Shown in pieces: positions 9,308 to 17,211 of a DNA stretch of 61,672 nucleotides (the stretch's first letter is position 1; each line of letters opens with the position of its first letter). The DNA is from a virus: IMG/VR virus record IMGVR_UViG_3300028027_000003. One strand, given 5' to 3'. The notes beneath the pieces were generated by a model. That model saw only the letters and a program-made list of their open reading frames with translations, ran no database searches and was not told the DNA's origin. The translations under genes were made by a program, and so were the position numbers.

Positions 9308-9817
9308 TTAACCTCCTGAGTGTGTTGGTTGATGGTCAAATTTGTTGATTAGAAAGTATGTTGTAATACGTTCATCTTGTTTTTCATAGTAGTCATCATC
9401 TTCATAATGATATGAACCACCATTAAGTGGCTCAACTACAAATTTGCTATCACGATAATAACCGATGAAGTCGCAACCTTGTTCACAGAATGTAGCTTCA
9501 ACAGTATATCCTTGATCAGTCATTTTATAGTAGAAAGCTTCAGGTGGACTCCATGCGGTATCAAATGTTACATGAATATAGTCTTTTCCGTTATCGTCTT
9601 CAAGGATTAATTCTGCAGCATCCCATTTAGTACCCCATGTAACAATGTTAGCGTCATACCAGTCATCATCTTTAGATGATGGAACGAAGTATTCAAAGAA
9701 ACCACTTAAGAATGTTTCATCACCGCTATTTAGTCGGTTGATTAGTTCAGTTAATTTAGCGGCGTGTTCAGGTGTATTTGCAGTGATTTTTAAGCTGTTA
9801 GCTGTCCAGTTTGGCAT
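9308..9817 (-). CDS. Hypothetical acidic protein
   Basis: ORF track; 169 aa; no secure family. Confidence 0.55.
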   Translation of the reverse strand: MPNWTANSLKITANTPEHAAKLTELINRLNSGDETFLSGFFEYFVPSSKDDDWYDANIVTWGTKWDAAELILEDDNGKDYIHVTFDTAWSPPEAFYYKMTDQGYTVEATFCEQGCDFIGYYRDSKFVVEPLNGGSYHYEDDDYYEKQDERITTYFLINKFDHQPTHSGG

Positions 9818-9818
9818 A

Positions 9819-9983
9819 TTAGTTTCTTTTGAATTGGATTAGTATGTTTGGTTTATTTGTTAGTAATACACTTATTAGATACAAAGATAAGCCTAACACT
9901 AATGTGTATAAGATATAGAACCAGAAACTTGCTACACACGCAATAAATATTGCTGTTAGCATTAAGTTTATGAAGTTACTCAC
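9819..9983 (-). CDS. Small two-helix membrane protein (54 aa, GTG start, below cutoff)
   Basis: Hand translation SNFINLMLTAIFIACVASFWFYILYTLVLGLSLYLISVLL; GTGA overlap with the upstream stop. Confidence 0.35.
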   Translation of the reverse strand: MSNFINLMLTAIFIACVASFWFYILYTLVLGLSLYLISVLLTNKPNILIQFKRN

Positions 9984-10390
9984 AAATATTCCTCGATAAT
10001 AGTTTTACAAGCTTTATCTACAGTTGAACGCCATTCAGTGACAAGGGACTCAAAGAATGGATGGATAGTTGAGGCATCTGCTTTGAATGCAACAACAGGT
10101 TTACGTAGTACATAAGAAGCATAGAATACTTCCATAGCTGTACCATGTTTAGCGATTGTTGGATTATCAAGATTGACAAGGATAATGTCAGATTCTTGGA
10201 TGTCACGTAGGTCTAACTCAAAGATACGTTTCATGTATCGTTGTTCGAAGTTATGGATACGTCTGCATGGGTTAAGGGTTTTGACATCAGCAAAGTTTAG
10301 GATAGCTTCTGCTGATGTACGCCAACCGATAGCATCTTCTTTAGATACATGTTCCATTGGACCAGCTAAATAGATTGTTCTTTGTTTCAT
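9980..10390 (-). CDS. Nucleoside 2-deoxyribosyltransferase-like protein
   Basis: TIYLAGPM near the N-terminus plus GTAMEVFYA, typical of the NDT/Rcl fold; likely start MKQRTIYLAGPM at 10390. Confidence 0.55.
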   Translation of the reverse strand: MKQRTIYLAGPMEHVSKEDAIGWRTSAEAILNFADVKTLNPCRRIHNFEQRYMKRIFELDLRDIQESDIILVNLDNPTIAKHGTAMEVFYASYVLRKPVVAFKADASTIHPFFESLVTEWRSTVDKACKTIIEEYL

Positions 10391-10692
10391 AGTTCTTGAA
10401 GGATAGTTAGTTTGTTTGCTGTATACCACAATCCACCTTGATTAGCTGGACGCATATGTTCTGTGTAGTCATCGATAATAACTAGACACCATACACGATC
10501 TTTCTTTGATAGATGTGGCGCATCAGGTGCTGCACAACAGTGCCACCCTGGGCGATGAGCATAACCTTTTGTTTTGTGATCTTCTGCTGTGTATGTTATA
10601 CCTTGTTCAAGCTTTTGTTTACGGTTAATAAAGAGTGGTCCATATGTACCATCTTTACGTTTACGAAAGAGTTTATAGGCTATTACTGTCAT
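10387..10692 (-). CDS. Hypothetical protein
   Basis: ORF track; tiled. Confidence 0.55.
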   Translation of the reverse strand: MTVIAYKLFRKRKDGTYGPLFINRKQKLEQGITYTAEDHKTKGYAHRPGWHCCAAPDAPHLSKKDRVWCLVIIDDYTEHMRPANQGGLWYTANKLTILQEL

Positions 10693-10882
10693 ATGGTTCT
10701 ACTTCAGTCCATGCTGCAAAATGATATACATTGTTGAATGCATCGGTTACATATGAGTACATACCATCAATGTTGCGTAGTTTGTAGATTATGTTAGGGA
10801 TTCCTTCATATGCGTCTGGAGGAACTTTAGGGCTTTCAGACAGTACAAATAAGGAGTGGTTAGGTAGTTCGTATAGTTTCAT
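10673..10882 (-). CDS. Hypothetical protein
   Basis: ORF track; tiled. Confidence 0.5.
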   Translation of the reverse strand: MKLYELPNHSLFVLSESPKVPPDAYEGIPNIIYKLRNIDGMYSYVTDAFNNVYHFAAWTEVEPYDSNSL

Positions 10883-10920
10883 TTGTTTTTAAGTTTGGCA
10901 ACACTCATCGGAAAGTTGCA

Positions 10921-11253
10921 TTAAGTGTTACTTTCCGATAAGTCTTTCATTTGGTAAGGACGGTTTGTATATAGATTACATTTTTGGTTAGAGCATTTAG
11001 CTACTTCTTGAATGCTACCACCTACACAGTCAACACAGAAAGCTTTGATAGCCATTAATGGTGTAACTTTACGATTAGCTTTCTTTTCTGCTTCTTTAAG
11101 AAGCCATTTCTCAAGGGTTTTACCACCTTTTTTAATAGCAATAGAACGTTCTTTACGCCATTTAGCTAAGGCTAATGCACCTTTAGCTTGCATTTCAGGT
11201 GTTAGGTGTGATCCTGGTTTTGTCTTTGAAACGTTTGTTGAGAGTTTCTGCAT
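10921..11253 (-). CDS. Hypothetical Cys-rich protein (zinc-ribbon-like)
   Basis: FCVDCVGG...KCSNQKCNLY; an alternative start at 11193 would remove the overlap with 11195..11392. Confidence 0.5.
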   Translation of the reverse strand: MQKLSTNVSKTKPGSHLTPEMQAKGALALAKWRKERSIAIKKGGKTLEKWLLKEAEKKANRKVTPLMAIKAFCVDCVGGSIQEVAKCSNQKCNLYTNRPYQMKDLSESNT

Positions 11254-11392
11254 GGTGTTCTGCTTCCTCTTTAGTTAAGAACATTATTGCGTCTGTGAAA
11301 GATATTTCTCTACCTGCTACACCGTAGTACATACGATCATAGCCTTGTTTAGAAAATACGAAATAGTCAATAGTAGTTACTTTCTTGTTCAT
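11195..11392 (-). CDS. Hypothetical protein
   Basis: ORF track. Confidence 0.45.
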   Translation of the reverse strand: MNKKVTTIDYFVFSKQGYDRMYYGVAGREISFTDAIMFLTKEEAEHHAETLNKRFKDKTRITPNT

Positions 11393-11648
11393 CTTTGATA
11401 TATTGCTCCCAATGTTTATTTACTTCTGCTTCAACAAGATTCCAGTCTCTGAGAGACAGTTCATCTTGTACTTCACGAATGAAGTGACCTTTGACGTACA
11501 TATATACAGACCAATTAAATGAGTCAGGTAGACCTGAGTGTGGATCACCTTCATCAAACTCGTATTCACAAATTAAATTTACCTCAACACCATTAGGAAT
11601 GTTATCGAAGTCGAAATCTTCTAGAAAATCAACATTAAATTCGTTCAT
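11367..11648 (-). CDS. Acidic hypothetical protein
   Basis: The ORF track starts at a TTG (11678); ATG MNEFNVDF at 11648 forms an ATGA overlap with the upstream ORF. Confidence 0.5.
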   Translation of the reverse strand: MNEFNVDFLEDFDFDNIPNGVEVNLICEYEFDEGDPHSGLPDSFNWSVYMYVKGHFIREVQDELSLRDWNLVEAEVNKHWEQYIKDEQESNYY

Positions 11649-11824
11649 GTGTTTTTCTCTTTGCGTTTTGGTGAACAATTTACATATTTAAAATTTTCTT
11701 TACCTTGTTGGCGATACAAAGCGTCCATTGCTTTGTAGCATTGTTCTTCTGTAGGGTATTCAATTTCTCTTATAATTCCGCAAAGACCCCAAGCGGCTGT
11801 GCAAATAGTCAGTATCCATGTCAT
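11645..11824 (-). CDS. Small protein with N-terminal hydrophobic segment (59 aa, below cutoff)
   Basis: Hand translation MTWILTICTAAWGLCGIIREIEYPTEEQCYKAMDALYRQQGK... Confidence 0.45.
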   Translation of the reverse strand: MTWILTICTAAWGLCGIIREIEYPTEEQCYKAMDALYRQQGKENFKYVNCSPKRKEKNT

Positions 11825-11835
11825 GTGTTCTTCTC

Positions 11836-12423
11836 CTAGGCAAAGTTGTTCTTCTGCTTGAGTTTGGCTTCAATGGCTGTTGCAAAGAATTTAGGAACCC
11901 CGTGCAAATCCAGCGTAGCTGCTTCAATTGCATTGCGCTCCTCATCCGTCAGCCTTACCCATGTGCGCTGTGGTGGGTGGGTGTAATACGCAATAGCTTC
12001 TAATCCCATTTCATAAGCTTCTTCTGGATAAATTGCGGGTTCGTCAATTTGTTTTTCATAGTCAGCAATTATTTTTGCTTGACTTTGTATGACTTCACGC
12101 AGTTTGCTAACTTCTTCGCTGCCATAAGTTGGCAATGATTCTTTATGGCATTGTTGGCAAAATTCTGGCCCTGCCTCACAATGCGCTACAGGCTCTTGCT
12201 CAATCTCTTGACCCAACCTCTGCACTTCATACATGGCGTGTTCTCTGATGGCTTCTTTGATGGCGGTGATGGCTTGTTTGGCTTTGCAGCTTTCAGAGTG
12301 CGGATTGTAAGAAAGCACATCGCAACAAGCCCTGCGCCCAATGTCATCTTGTTCATTGTCGTACTTGATAACGTCTACAAAATCTTCCAACGCCTCAAGC
12401 GCCTGTTTTATTGCTTCAATCAT
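11836..12423 (-). CDS. Hypothetical protein in a GC-rich islet
   Basis: ORF track; local GC clearly above flanks. Confidence 0.6.
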   Translation of the reverse strand: MIEAIKQALEALEDFVDVIKYDNEQDDIGRRACCDVLSYNPHSESCKAKQAITAIKEAIREHAMYEVQRLGQEIEQEPVAHCEAGPEFCQQCHKESLPTYGSEEVSKLREVIQSQAKIIADYEKQIDEPAIYPEEAYEMGLEAIAYYTHPPQRTWVRLTDEERNAIEAATLDLHGVPKFFATAIEAKLKQKNNFA

Positions 12424-12635
12424 GCTTGTTCTCCTCTGGCTTTGATGGCGTCAATCACATCAGCTTGAAAACAATCATCAAATAATGTTTCTTTGATGAT
12501 TTGTATGATGTCTTCTTGTTCTTTGGCGGCTACCAGTTTGACAAAGGCTTCAAGAAAAGGCAACAAACTAAATTCGTCATTCACAACGATCATACCCGCC
12601 TTTTCAGCCATCTCAATGATTTCATTTTGTGTCAT
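12420..12635 (-). CDS. Hypothetical protein in a GC-rich islet
   Basis: ORF track; ATGA-type overlap with 11836..12423. Confidence 0.55.
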   Translation of the reverse strand: MTQNEIIEMAEKAGMIVVNDEFSLLPFLEAFVKLVAAKEQEDIIQIIKETLFDDCFQADVIDAIKARGEQA

Positions 12636-12769
12636 TGTAACACCTGTAGAATCATATTAATAGCTTGTATTAAGATCATTTGTTCTTGTGGATGAAGTTC
12701 ATTCCAAGGACGACTTGGTTGAGGCCACTTTTTACGGATAGCTTCATAGAATTGTTCAACATCAGACAT
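12632..12769 (-). CDS. Small hypothetical protein (45 aa, below cutoff)
   Basis: Hand translation MSDVEQFYEAIRKKWPQPSRPWNELHPQEQMILIQ...; ATGA overlap downstream. Confidence 0.4.
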   Translation of the reverse strand: MSDVEQFYEAIRKKWPQPSRPWNELHPQEQMILIQAINMILQVLQ

Positions 12770-12974
12770 ATATACCCCATTTGTTGCATTTAGCTTTGGT
12801 GCTTGGTTTAAGTTTCTTTTTATGACATACTTTAAGTTTAGAAGACATTTTAGCTTTTAGACTTAATTGGTGGGATGTCATTGGTGTGGGTGACTTGGGT
12901 AACAAGATTGCTAATCCTGTGTACCCAAAGCATAATGCAAAGATAATAAGTTTTAACTTATTTAAGGTTTGCAA
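12762..12974 (-). CDS. Doubtful basic protein with N-terminal hydrophobic segment (TTG start)
   Basis: ORF track only; no ATG near the N-terminus. Confidence 0.3.
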   Translation of the reverse strand: MQTLNKLKLIIFALCFGYTGLAILLPKSPTPMTSHQLSLKAKMSSKLKVCHKKKLKPSTKAKCNKWGIYV

Positions 12975-13170
12975 CTTCTTCTCTTACTGCTTTTAGAAAG
13001 TTGATTAGTTCATCGATGTCTTCAGCACAGAAGTAGTAGTCATTAATTGTGATTTGAACGTCAGTGCTATTGAATTTATATTCGATGTCAGCAGAGTTAT
13101 CAAAGGTATGTGTACCTTTTGGGTAATCAAGGTTTACTACTGTATTTGTGTTAAAGTTATATTTTTTCAT
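12958..13170 (-). CDS. Hypothetical protein
   Basis: ORF track; tiled. Confidence 0.5.
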   Translation of the reverse strand: MKKYNFNTNTVVNLDYPKGTHTFDNSADIEYKFNSTDVQITINDYYFCAEDIDELINFLKAVREEVANLK

Positions 13171-13556
13171 TATAGGCTTTCAATCATTTCTAGGACTTCA
13201 GAAGCATCATCTGCTAAGTATAGTTTGTCTTCGATAGCAGTACGTTGTTTATCAATATCTTCACGTAATTTAGTTAGTAGTGCTTGATGCTGTTTGTATT
13301 CATCCATGAAACCTACATTATCTTCAATTAATTCACGAATACCATTAGAAAAGTAGTAACCATTGTCATATTTCTTTTTGAATGTTTCAAAAGACATAAC
13401 TTCACCTGAGTACAATGCTTTATATACTTTTTCAGCATCATATCGAGGGTCTTTTACTTCAGGAATACTGTTTTGTAGATTATTAAGTTTTTCATCTAGT
13501 TTGTTATTAGCACGTTTAACAGCGTATTTGACTTGATCTTTGTTTAGTTTAGCCAT
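13170..13556 (-). CDS. Hypothetical protein
   Basis: ORF track; tiled. Confidence 0.55.
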   Translation of the reverse strand: MAKLNKDQVKYAVKRANNKLDEKLNNLQNSIPEVKDPRYDAEKVYKALYSGEVMSFETFKKKYDNGYYFSNGIRELIEDNVGFMDEYKQHQALLTKLREDIDKQRTAIEDKLYLADDASEVLEMIESL

Positions 13557-13582
13557 GATATTACCTTTGATTATGAGCGAAT

Positions 13583-13620
13583 AAAAACCCCTTAAAGAGG
13601 ATTCCTTAAGGGGTTATTTA
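13583..13620 (-). terminator. Hairpin plus U-run terminator downstream of the SSB gene
   Basis: Minus strand reads aaccccttaaggaatcctctttaaggggtttttatt; shares a 17-nt arm (tccttaaggggttattt) with the 54.4-kb terminator. Confidence 0.65.
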
Positions 13621-13624
13621 TCAT

Positions 13625-14134
13625 TTAGAATGGTGAATCATCAGAAGATGATGAAGATGTATCATCAGACTCGGTAGCATCAAAGTCTACAAAGTTTTCA
13701 TTATTACGTTCATATTTAACAAGTTTAGTTACTTGAACAGCAGTGAGCATGTTGGAGATACCTGACTTAGTAACTTTACCATTAGGTGCTTTGATTTCAT
13801 AAGGTTTCTGCATAACCATTACGTTACCGATAGAACCATTACCAATGAGCTTAGAGTCAAGAGGATTCTTAGCATTATCTACAACACGTACTTTAACAGC
13901 ATCAGTTCCATCAGCTTTAAGAGCTTTCTTCTTGAGGTTAATAGAGATTTTACCACCATCAATAGACTTAACTTTACCGAAAGCAGATAATTCTTTTTCA
14001 CGTTTCTTGGGAGCTTGGATTTGTAGTTCATACTGTAGAGTACCGAATGGATCAACTGGCTTGTCTAATTTAGCCCAATGTAATTCTACATCTTTGATGA
14101 TTACGTTTACTGTGTCATTGATTGCTGTTGTCAT
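13625..14134 (-). CDS. ssDNA-binding protein (T7 gp2.5-like)
   Basis: Size, position among replication genes, and an acidic C-terminal tail ending in aromatic F (DFDATESDDTSSSSSDDSPF), the hallmark of gp2.5-type SSBs. Confidence 0.6.
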   Translation of the reverse strand: MTTAINDTVNVIIKDVELHWAKLDKPVDPFGTLQYELQIQAPKKREKELSAFGKVKSIDGGKISINLKKKALKADGTDAVKVRVVDNAKNPLDSKLIGNGSIGNVMVMQKPYEIKAPNGKVTKSGISNMLTAVQVTKLVKYERNNENFVDFDATESDDTSSSSSDDSPF

Positions 14135-14164
14135 GATATATTTTTCCTATGGATTTAAGTGTGT

Positions 14165-14186
14165 AAGAGTAGTCCCCTAATAGAGA
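14165..14186 (+). promoter_or_regulatory. Phage RNAP promoter candidate (CCCCTAATAG family)
   Basis: AAGAGTAGTCCCCTAATAGAGA, identical 22-mer to the one at 18551-18572; about 50 nt upstream of 14236 with SD aaggagag. Confidence 0.7.
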
Positions 14187-14235
14187 TAGCGTAGTTATCA
14201 CTACTCTATAGGAGACATTATATGAAGGAGAGATT

Positions 14236-14616
14236 ATGCCTAGAAGCATACACCCAAATTCATTAGCTAATTTGAAGGTTATTACGTCTGAGACTGCAAG
14301 AGCTGCTCAATTAAAGAGTGCTGCATCAAAGTCATTAAACCACAAAATGGCTGAAGAATTTAAGATTTCAGCTAAAGCTTTTCAGAAAGCTCTAGTAGAT
14401 TTACCACAAGTATCATCATTAGATGTACTTAGAATGGCAATGTTCAAAGCCCTTCAAGAAGATAACTTTGAAGATGCAGCAAGATACGCTAATATGATAG
14501 CAGAGTATGAGAATCCTAAGCTAGCTCGGATTGAACAGACTAATACTAACAAGACAGTGGATCTTACTGATGAAGAACTTAAGAAGATTATCTCTGAAGA
14601 AGGTCTTCAAGAATAG
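14236..14616 (+). CDS. Lone plus-strand gene inside the minus arm; possible DNA-binding / small-terminase-like protein
   Basis: Own promoter, strong SD and own terminator; N-terminal HPNSLANLK motif that I associate with small phage DNA-binding/TerS-like proteins (memory only). Confidence 0.6.
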   Translation: MPRSIHPNSLANLKVITSETARAAQLKSAASKSLNHKMAEEFKISAKAFQKALVDLPQVSSLDVLRMAMFKALQEDNFEDAARYANMIAEYENPKLARIEQTNTNKTVDLTDEELKKIISEEGLQE

Positions 14617-14623
14617 TAATCAA

Positions 14624-14670
14624 GAGAACAGTATTTAAGGATATATCCTTATTTATTGTTCTCTTTTTTA
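14624..14670 (+). terminator. Rho-independent-type terminator of 14236..14616
   Basis: Imperfect long hairpin gagaacagtatttaagga-tata-tccttatttattgttctc followed by tttttt. Confidence 0.6.
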
Positions 14671-14730
14671 TTTATCTTTAATTAAGTTCTTTTATCAATA
14701 ATATACTTTAAATAATATATTAAAGATGAA
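14671..14730. other. Very AT-rich tract downstream of a minus-strand phage promoter (candidate replication origin)
   Basis: tttatctttaattaagttcttttatcaataatatactttaaataatatattaaagatgaa; the arrangement resembles the T7 primary origin (promoter plus AT-rich segment). Confidence 0.3.
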
Positions 14731-14753
14731 CTCCCTATTAGGGGACAACTAAA
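14731..14753 (-). promoter_or_regulatory. Phage RNAP promoter candidate (CCCCTAATAG family)
   Basis: Minus strand reads TTTAGTTGTCCCCTAATAGGGAG; fires toward the AT-rich tract, antisense to 14236..14616, and on to the SSB gene. Confidence 0.65.
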
Positions 14754-14763
14754 TTGGGAATCT

Positions 14764-14934
14764 TTAACGTTGTACTAAAGTATACGTATAACGAGTTGGA
14801 TTAACTAGGTCATAGAAGTCACAATCATCAATCTCAACACTTGACTCTTGGTCATGTAGAGATTCATAGGCTTCTTCAATAGTCTCACCGATACCCATTA
14901 AAGAGAAGTCATCACGAAGGATAGCTAAGAACAT
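14764..14934 (-). CDS. Small acidic hypothetical protein (56 aa, below cutoff)
   Basis: Hand translation MFLAILRDDFSLMGIGETIEEAYESLHDQESSVEIDDCDFYDLV... Confidence 0.45.
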   Translation of the reverse strand: MFLAILRDDFSLMGIGETIEEAYESLHDQESSVEIDDCDFYDLVNPTRYTYTLVQR

Positions 14935-14935
14935 T

Positions 14936-15241
14936 TTAAGTACTCCATTCTATAGATTTGATATTTACTGACTTGATAGCAGACATACATATAGCACATG
15001 GTTTAGCATACATTTGTCTGCCTTCTTTGTTTGTTCTGATAACGAGCATTTTGTATGCTTTTGATATATCAGAACATTTCACAATAGCTGAAACTTCAGC
15101 ATGTAAAAAGATTCTCTCAGGCATATTCTGTTTCTTTGCATGTAATGCCTGAAAAGGATGTGTCTTGGTATAACTGTTTTTACCTATACTTAAGATCTTT
15201 CCTTTCTTGTCATAGATTATTGCTGTTAGGTTTTGTTCCAT
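14936..15241 (-). CDS. Minimal cytidine/deoxycytidylate-deaminase-fold protein (101 aa)
   Basis: HAEVSAI and PCAICMSAI zinc motifs; second deaminase-fold gene in the genome. Confidence 0.65.
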   Translation of the reverse strand: MEQNLTAIIYDKKGKILSIGKNSYTKTHPFQALHAKKQNMPERIFLHAEVSAIVKCSDISKAYKMLVIRTNKEGRQMYAKPCAICMSAIKSVNIKSIEWST

Positions 15242-15392
15242 TGGATACCTTGTTTACTTTCAATAATTTACCTTTAAGAAAATGTTTTTGGATACCAGTT
15301 TCAGGGTCATACACAATGGTTGTGTCAGCTTTGACCTTAGCTTTGATACGTTTGATCAGATCGAAGTAGATTTCAGCGGCTTGATGAGCCAT
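15210..15392 (-). CDS. Hypothetical protein
   Basis: ORF track; tiled. Confidence 0.45.
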   Translation of the reverse strand: MAHQAAEIYFDLIKRIKAKVKADTTIVYDPETGIQKHFLKGKLLKVNKVSNGTKPNSNNL

Positions 15393-15558
15393 TATTTGAT
15401 TCCTTCCTTACCATAAGCTCATTGTGTTGTTTAGCTTTCTTTGAGTATTCTTTAGCCATATTTGTTTGATCAACGTCATTAAGATATTGATTCAGCATAT
15501 ATGATAAAAGAATTAGTAGGATTATCAGTACAATTACCATTACTAGAGCGACCATCAT
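15373..15558 (-). CDS. Small membrane protein
   Basis: N-terminal hydrophobic helix MMVALVMVIVLIILLILLSYML. Confidence 0.5.
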   Translation of the reverse strand: MMVALVMVIVLIILLILLSYMLNQYLNDVDQTNMAKEYSKKAKQHNELMVRKESNNGSSSR

Positions 15559-15809
15559 TCTGGATCCTTAGCTTTAATTATACCTTGAAATAATGTATCT
15601 TCAGGACAAACTAGAGGATCATTATTTTGGCTACTGTATCTGAATAATGTTTGATAGATTTCATCACATTCATTCCTGACTTTATTTTCCCCTGAGACTC
15701 TACCTACAAGTTCACAGACTATGTCTAACTGTAGTTGGTTTAGTGTTAGTGTGTAGTATGTTTCTTTTTCAAGAAGAATACCATTGTCTTTAACTCTTGT
15801 TGTCTTCAT
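15555..15809 (-). CDS. Hypothetical protein
   Basis: ORF track; 4-nt overlaps. Confidence 0.5.
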   Translation of the reverse strand: MKTTRVKDNGILLEKETYYTLTLNQLQLDIVCELVGRVSGENKVRNECDEIYQTLFRYSSQNNDPLVCPEDTLFQGIIKAKDPE

Positions 15810-16225
15810 AATTGCTCCTCGATTAAGTCAGCTAGTTCGTTGAAGGTGTATGCAAAGTTATCGTTTAACTCTGCTAACGTTATTAGTGAGTCTTCTCTGA
15901 TTATATTTTTATATCCTTCCTTAATGTTCTTTTCATTCATTTTTATTTTTGGATTTTCACTTTCTAGCTTAGCCCATTTCATTACTGGATAAGGTAATTC
16001 TGAGTCTTCATTCCAACGTTCTTCGAATGAGTTATCATACCAGAAGGTGTAACCCATGTGTTCTTTTGAACGATCATATTTACCGATACTTTCTTTTTCG
16101 GCTAGGTCACATAGTACACCTAGACAACAGTATGTATCTTCATTGGGTCTTAACAGGTTTTTACCTTGATGGTATTTACCTGACCTGAGAGCAGATACCC
16201 ATTGGGCTTTAACTTTGGGATTCAT
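15806..16225 (-). CDS. Hypothetical protein
   Basis: ORF track; WVSALRSGKY..YCCLGVLCDL motif seen in phage proteins of unknown function (memory only). Confidence 0.55.
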   Translation of the reverse strand: MNPKVKAQWVSALRSGKYHQGKNLLRPNEDTYCCLGVLCDLAEKESIGKYDRSKEHMGYTFWYDNSFEERWNEDSELPYPVMKWAKLESENPKIKMNEKNIKEGYKNIIREDSLITLAELNDNFAYTFNELADLIEEQL

Positions 16226-16557
16226 TAGGTTACTCCATTGATGATGAGGCTATGATAAGAGACAATTTTGTTTCCTTGGTAGGTTAAGATGATGCTACCG
16301 ATTTCTTCATATGATGGATGTACTTTACCGATACCCCTTTCTTCGAACTTTTGAGCTATGTGTTGAACACTGTTAATGTATATCTTACGAGTGGTGTATG
16401 TGATGACTTCTTCACTGGGTTTTACTCGGTATGATTTATCGTCATACCACATTGGTTTCTCGGAGTCGTACCATGTGCTTGTATCTTCGTTGAAACACTG
16501 GATTTTAGCACCAGATGCCCATTCTGTGATGAGGTCGTAGTGGATGTGTTTGGTCAT
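16225..16557 (-). CDS. Hypothetical protein
   Basis: ORF track; tiled. Confidence 0.55.
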   Translation of the reverse strand: MTKHIHYDLITEWASGAKIQCFNEDTSTWYDSEKPMWYDDKSYRVKPSEEVITYTTRKIYINSVQHIAQKFEERGIGKVHPSYEEIGSIILTYQGNKIVSYHSLIINGVT

Positions 16558-16733
16558 TTGTTTTCTTTTTCTATTGCTTTATCGAACATTTCATGGGCGA
16601 GATTCATGGTTATCGTTGCTATGAATAATGCTATAGCACGATCACTGTCTGTATATCTTCCACAATATTCGAGGAGTTCATCGACTGATCTAGGTGTTAC
16701 GAAGAACCCTGAGTATGGAAACGGGTTGTTCAT
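16554..16733 (-). CDS. Small hypothetical protein (59 aa, below cutoff)
   Basis: Hand translation MNNPFPYSGFFVTPRSVDELLEYCGRYTDSDRAIALF...; ATGA overlaps at both ends. Confidence 0.45.
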   Translation of the reverse strand: MNNPFPYSGFFVTPRSVDELLEYCGRYTDSDRAIALFIATITMNLAHEMFDKAIEKENK

Positions 16734-16963
16734 TTGAATGCTCCTTTTGATTCACTTTGTTTCACTTCTGACACACAAAAACGATTTTCTACAAAAACTG
16801 TCTTCTCGCTACTTCTCTGCGGTACTTCCTCCCAAGAACAGTCTGCCCAATGTATTCTTTCATTATCTTTCAAGGCTAGTTGGAGCTGTTTTGTCCTTAG
16901 GTATACCCTACCCATCATTTTCTGTTTGATGTCTTCTAGGTATTGTTCTATAGTAATGTTCAT
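16730..16963 (-). CDS. Hypothetical early protein
   Basis: The ORF track extends to 17038; ATG MNITIEQYLEDIK at 16963 forms a TAATG overlap with the upstream stop. Confidence 0.5.
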   Translation of the reverse strand: MNITIEQYLEDIKQKMMGRVYLRTKQLQLALKDNERIHWADCSWEEVPQRSSEKTVFVENRFCVSEVKQSESKGAFK

Positions 16964-17211
16964 TATATGACTCTTACTAGTTGATCGTATACAGAAGTAT
17001 ACTCGAGTACTGTCCCTTCGATATCTACCTGAGAGCACAGTCCTTCGAGTGCTGTCTTGGTGTTTGCCATGATGAATGCTACTGTTCCTCCTGTGATTGT
17101 TGTTGACATTAAGATGTCACATCCAAACTCTTGTGTTGCCTCCCTGATTTCCTCGTAGGTGTCTAGGCAGAAGTCTGCTGGTGTTACTGGTGTTAAGAGT
17201 ATGTACTTCAT
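16963..17211 (-). CDS. Hypothetical early protein
   Basis: ORF track; preceded by a conserved element. Confidence 0.55.
   Translation of the reverse strand: MKYILLTPVTPADFCLDTYEEIREATQEFGCDILMSTTITGGTVAFIMANTKTALEGLCSQVDIEGTVLEYTSVYDQLVRVI

Noticed and set aside
14198-14216. T7-consensus look-alikes tcactactctataggagac (14198-14216) and tctcactattaagga (24865-24879)
   Set aside because: These are single occurrences each, inside 5' leaders that also supply the SD. They have no repeated family comparable to the eight CCCCTAATAG copies.
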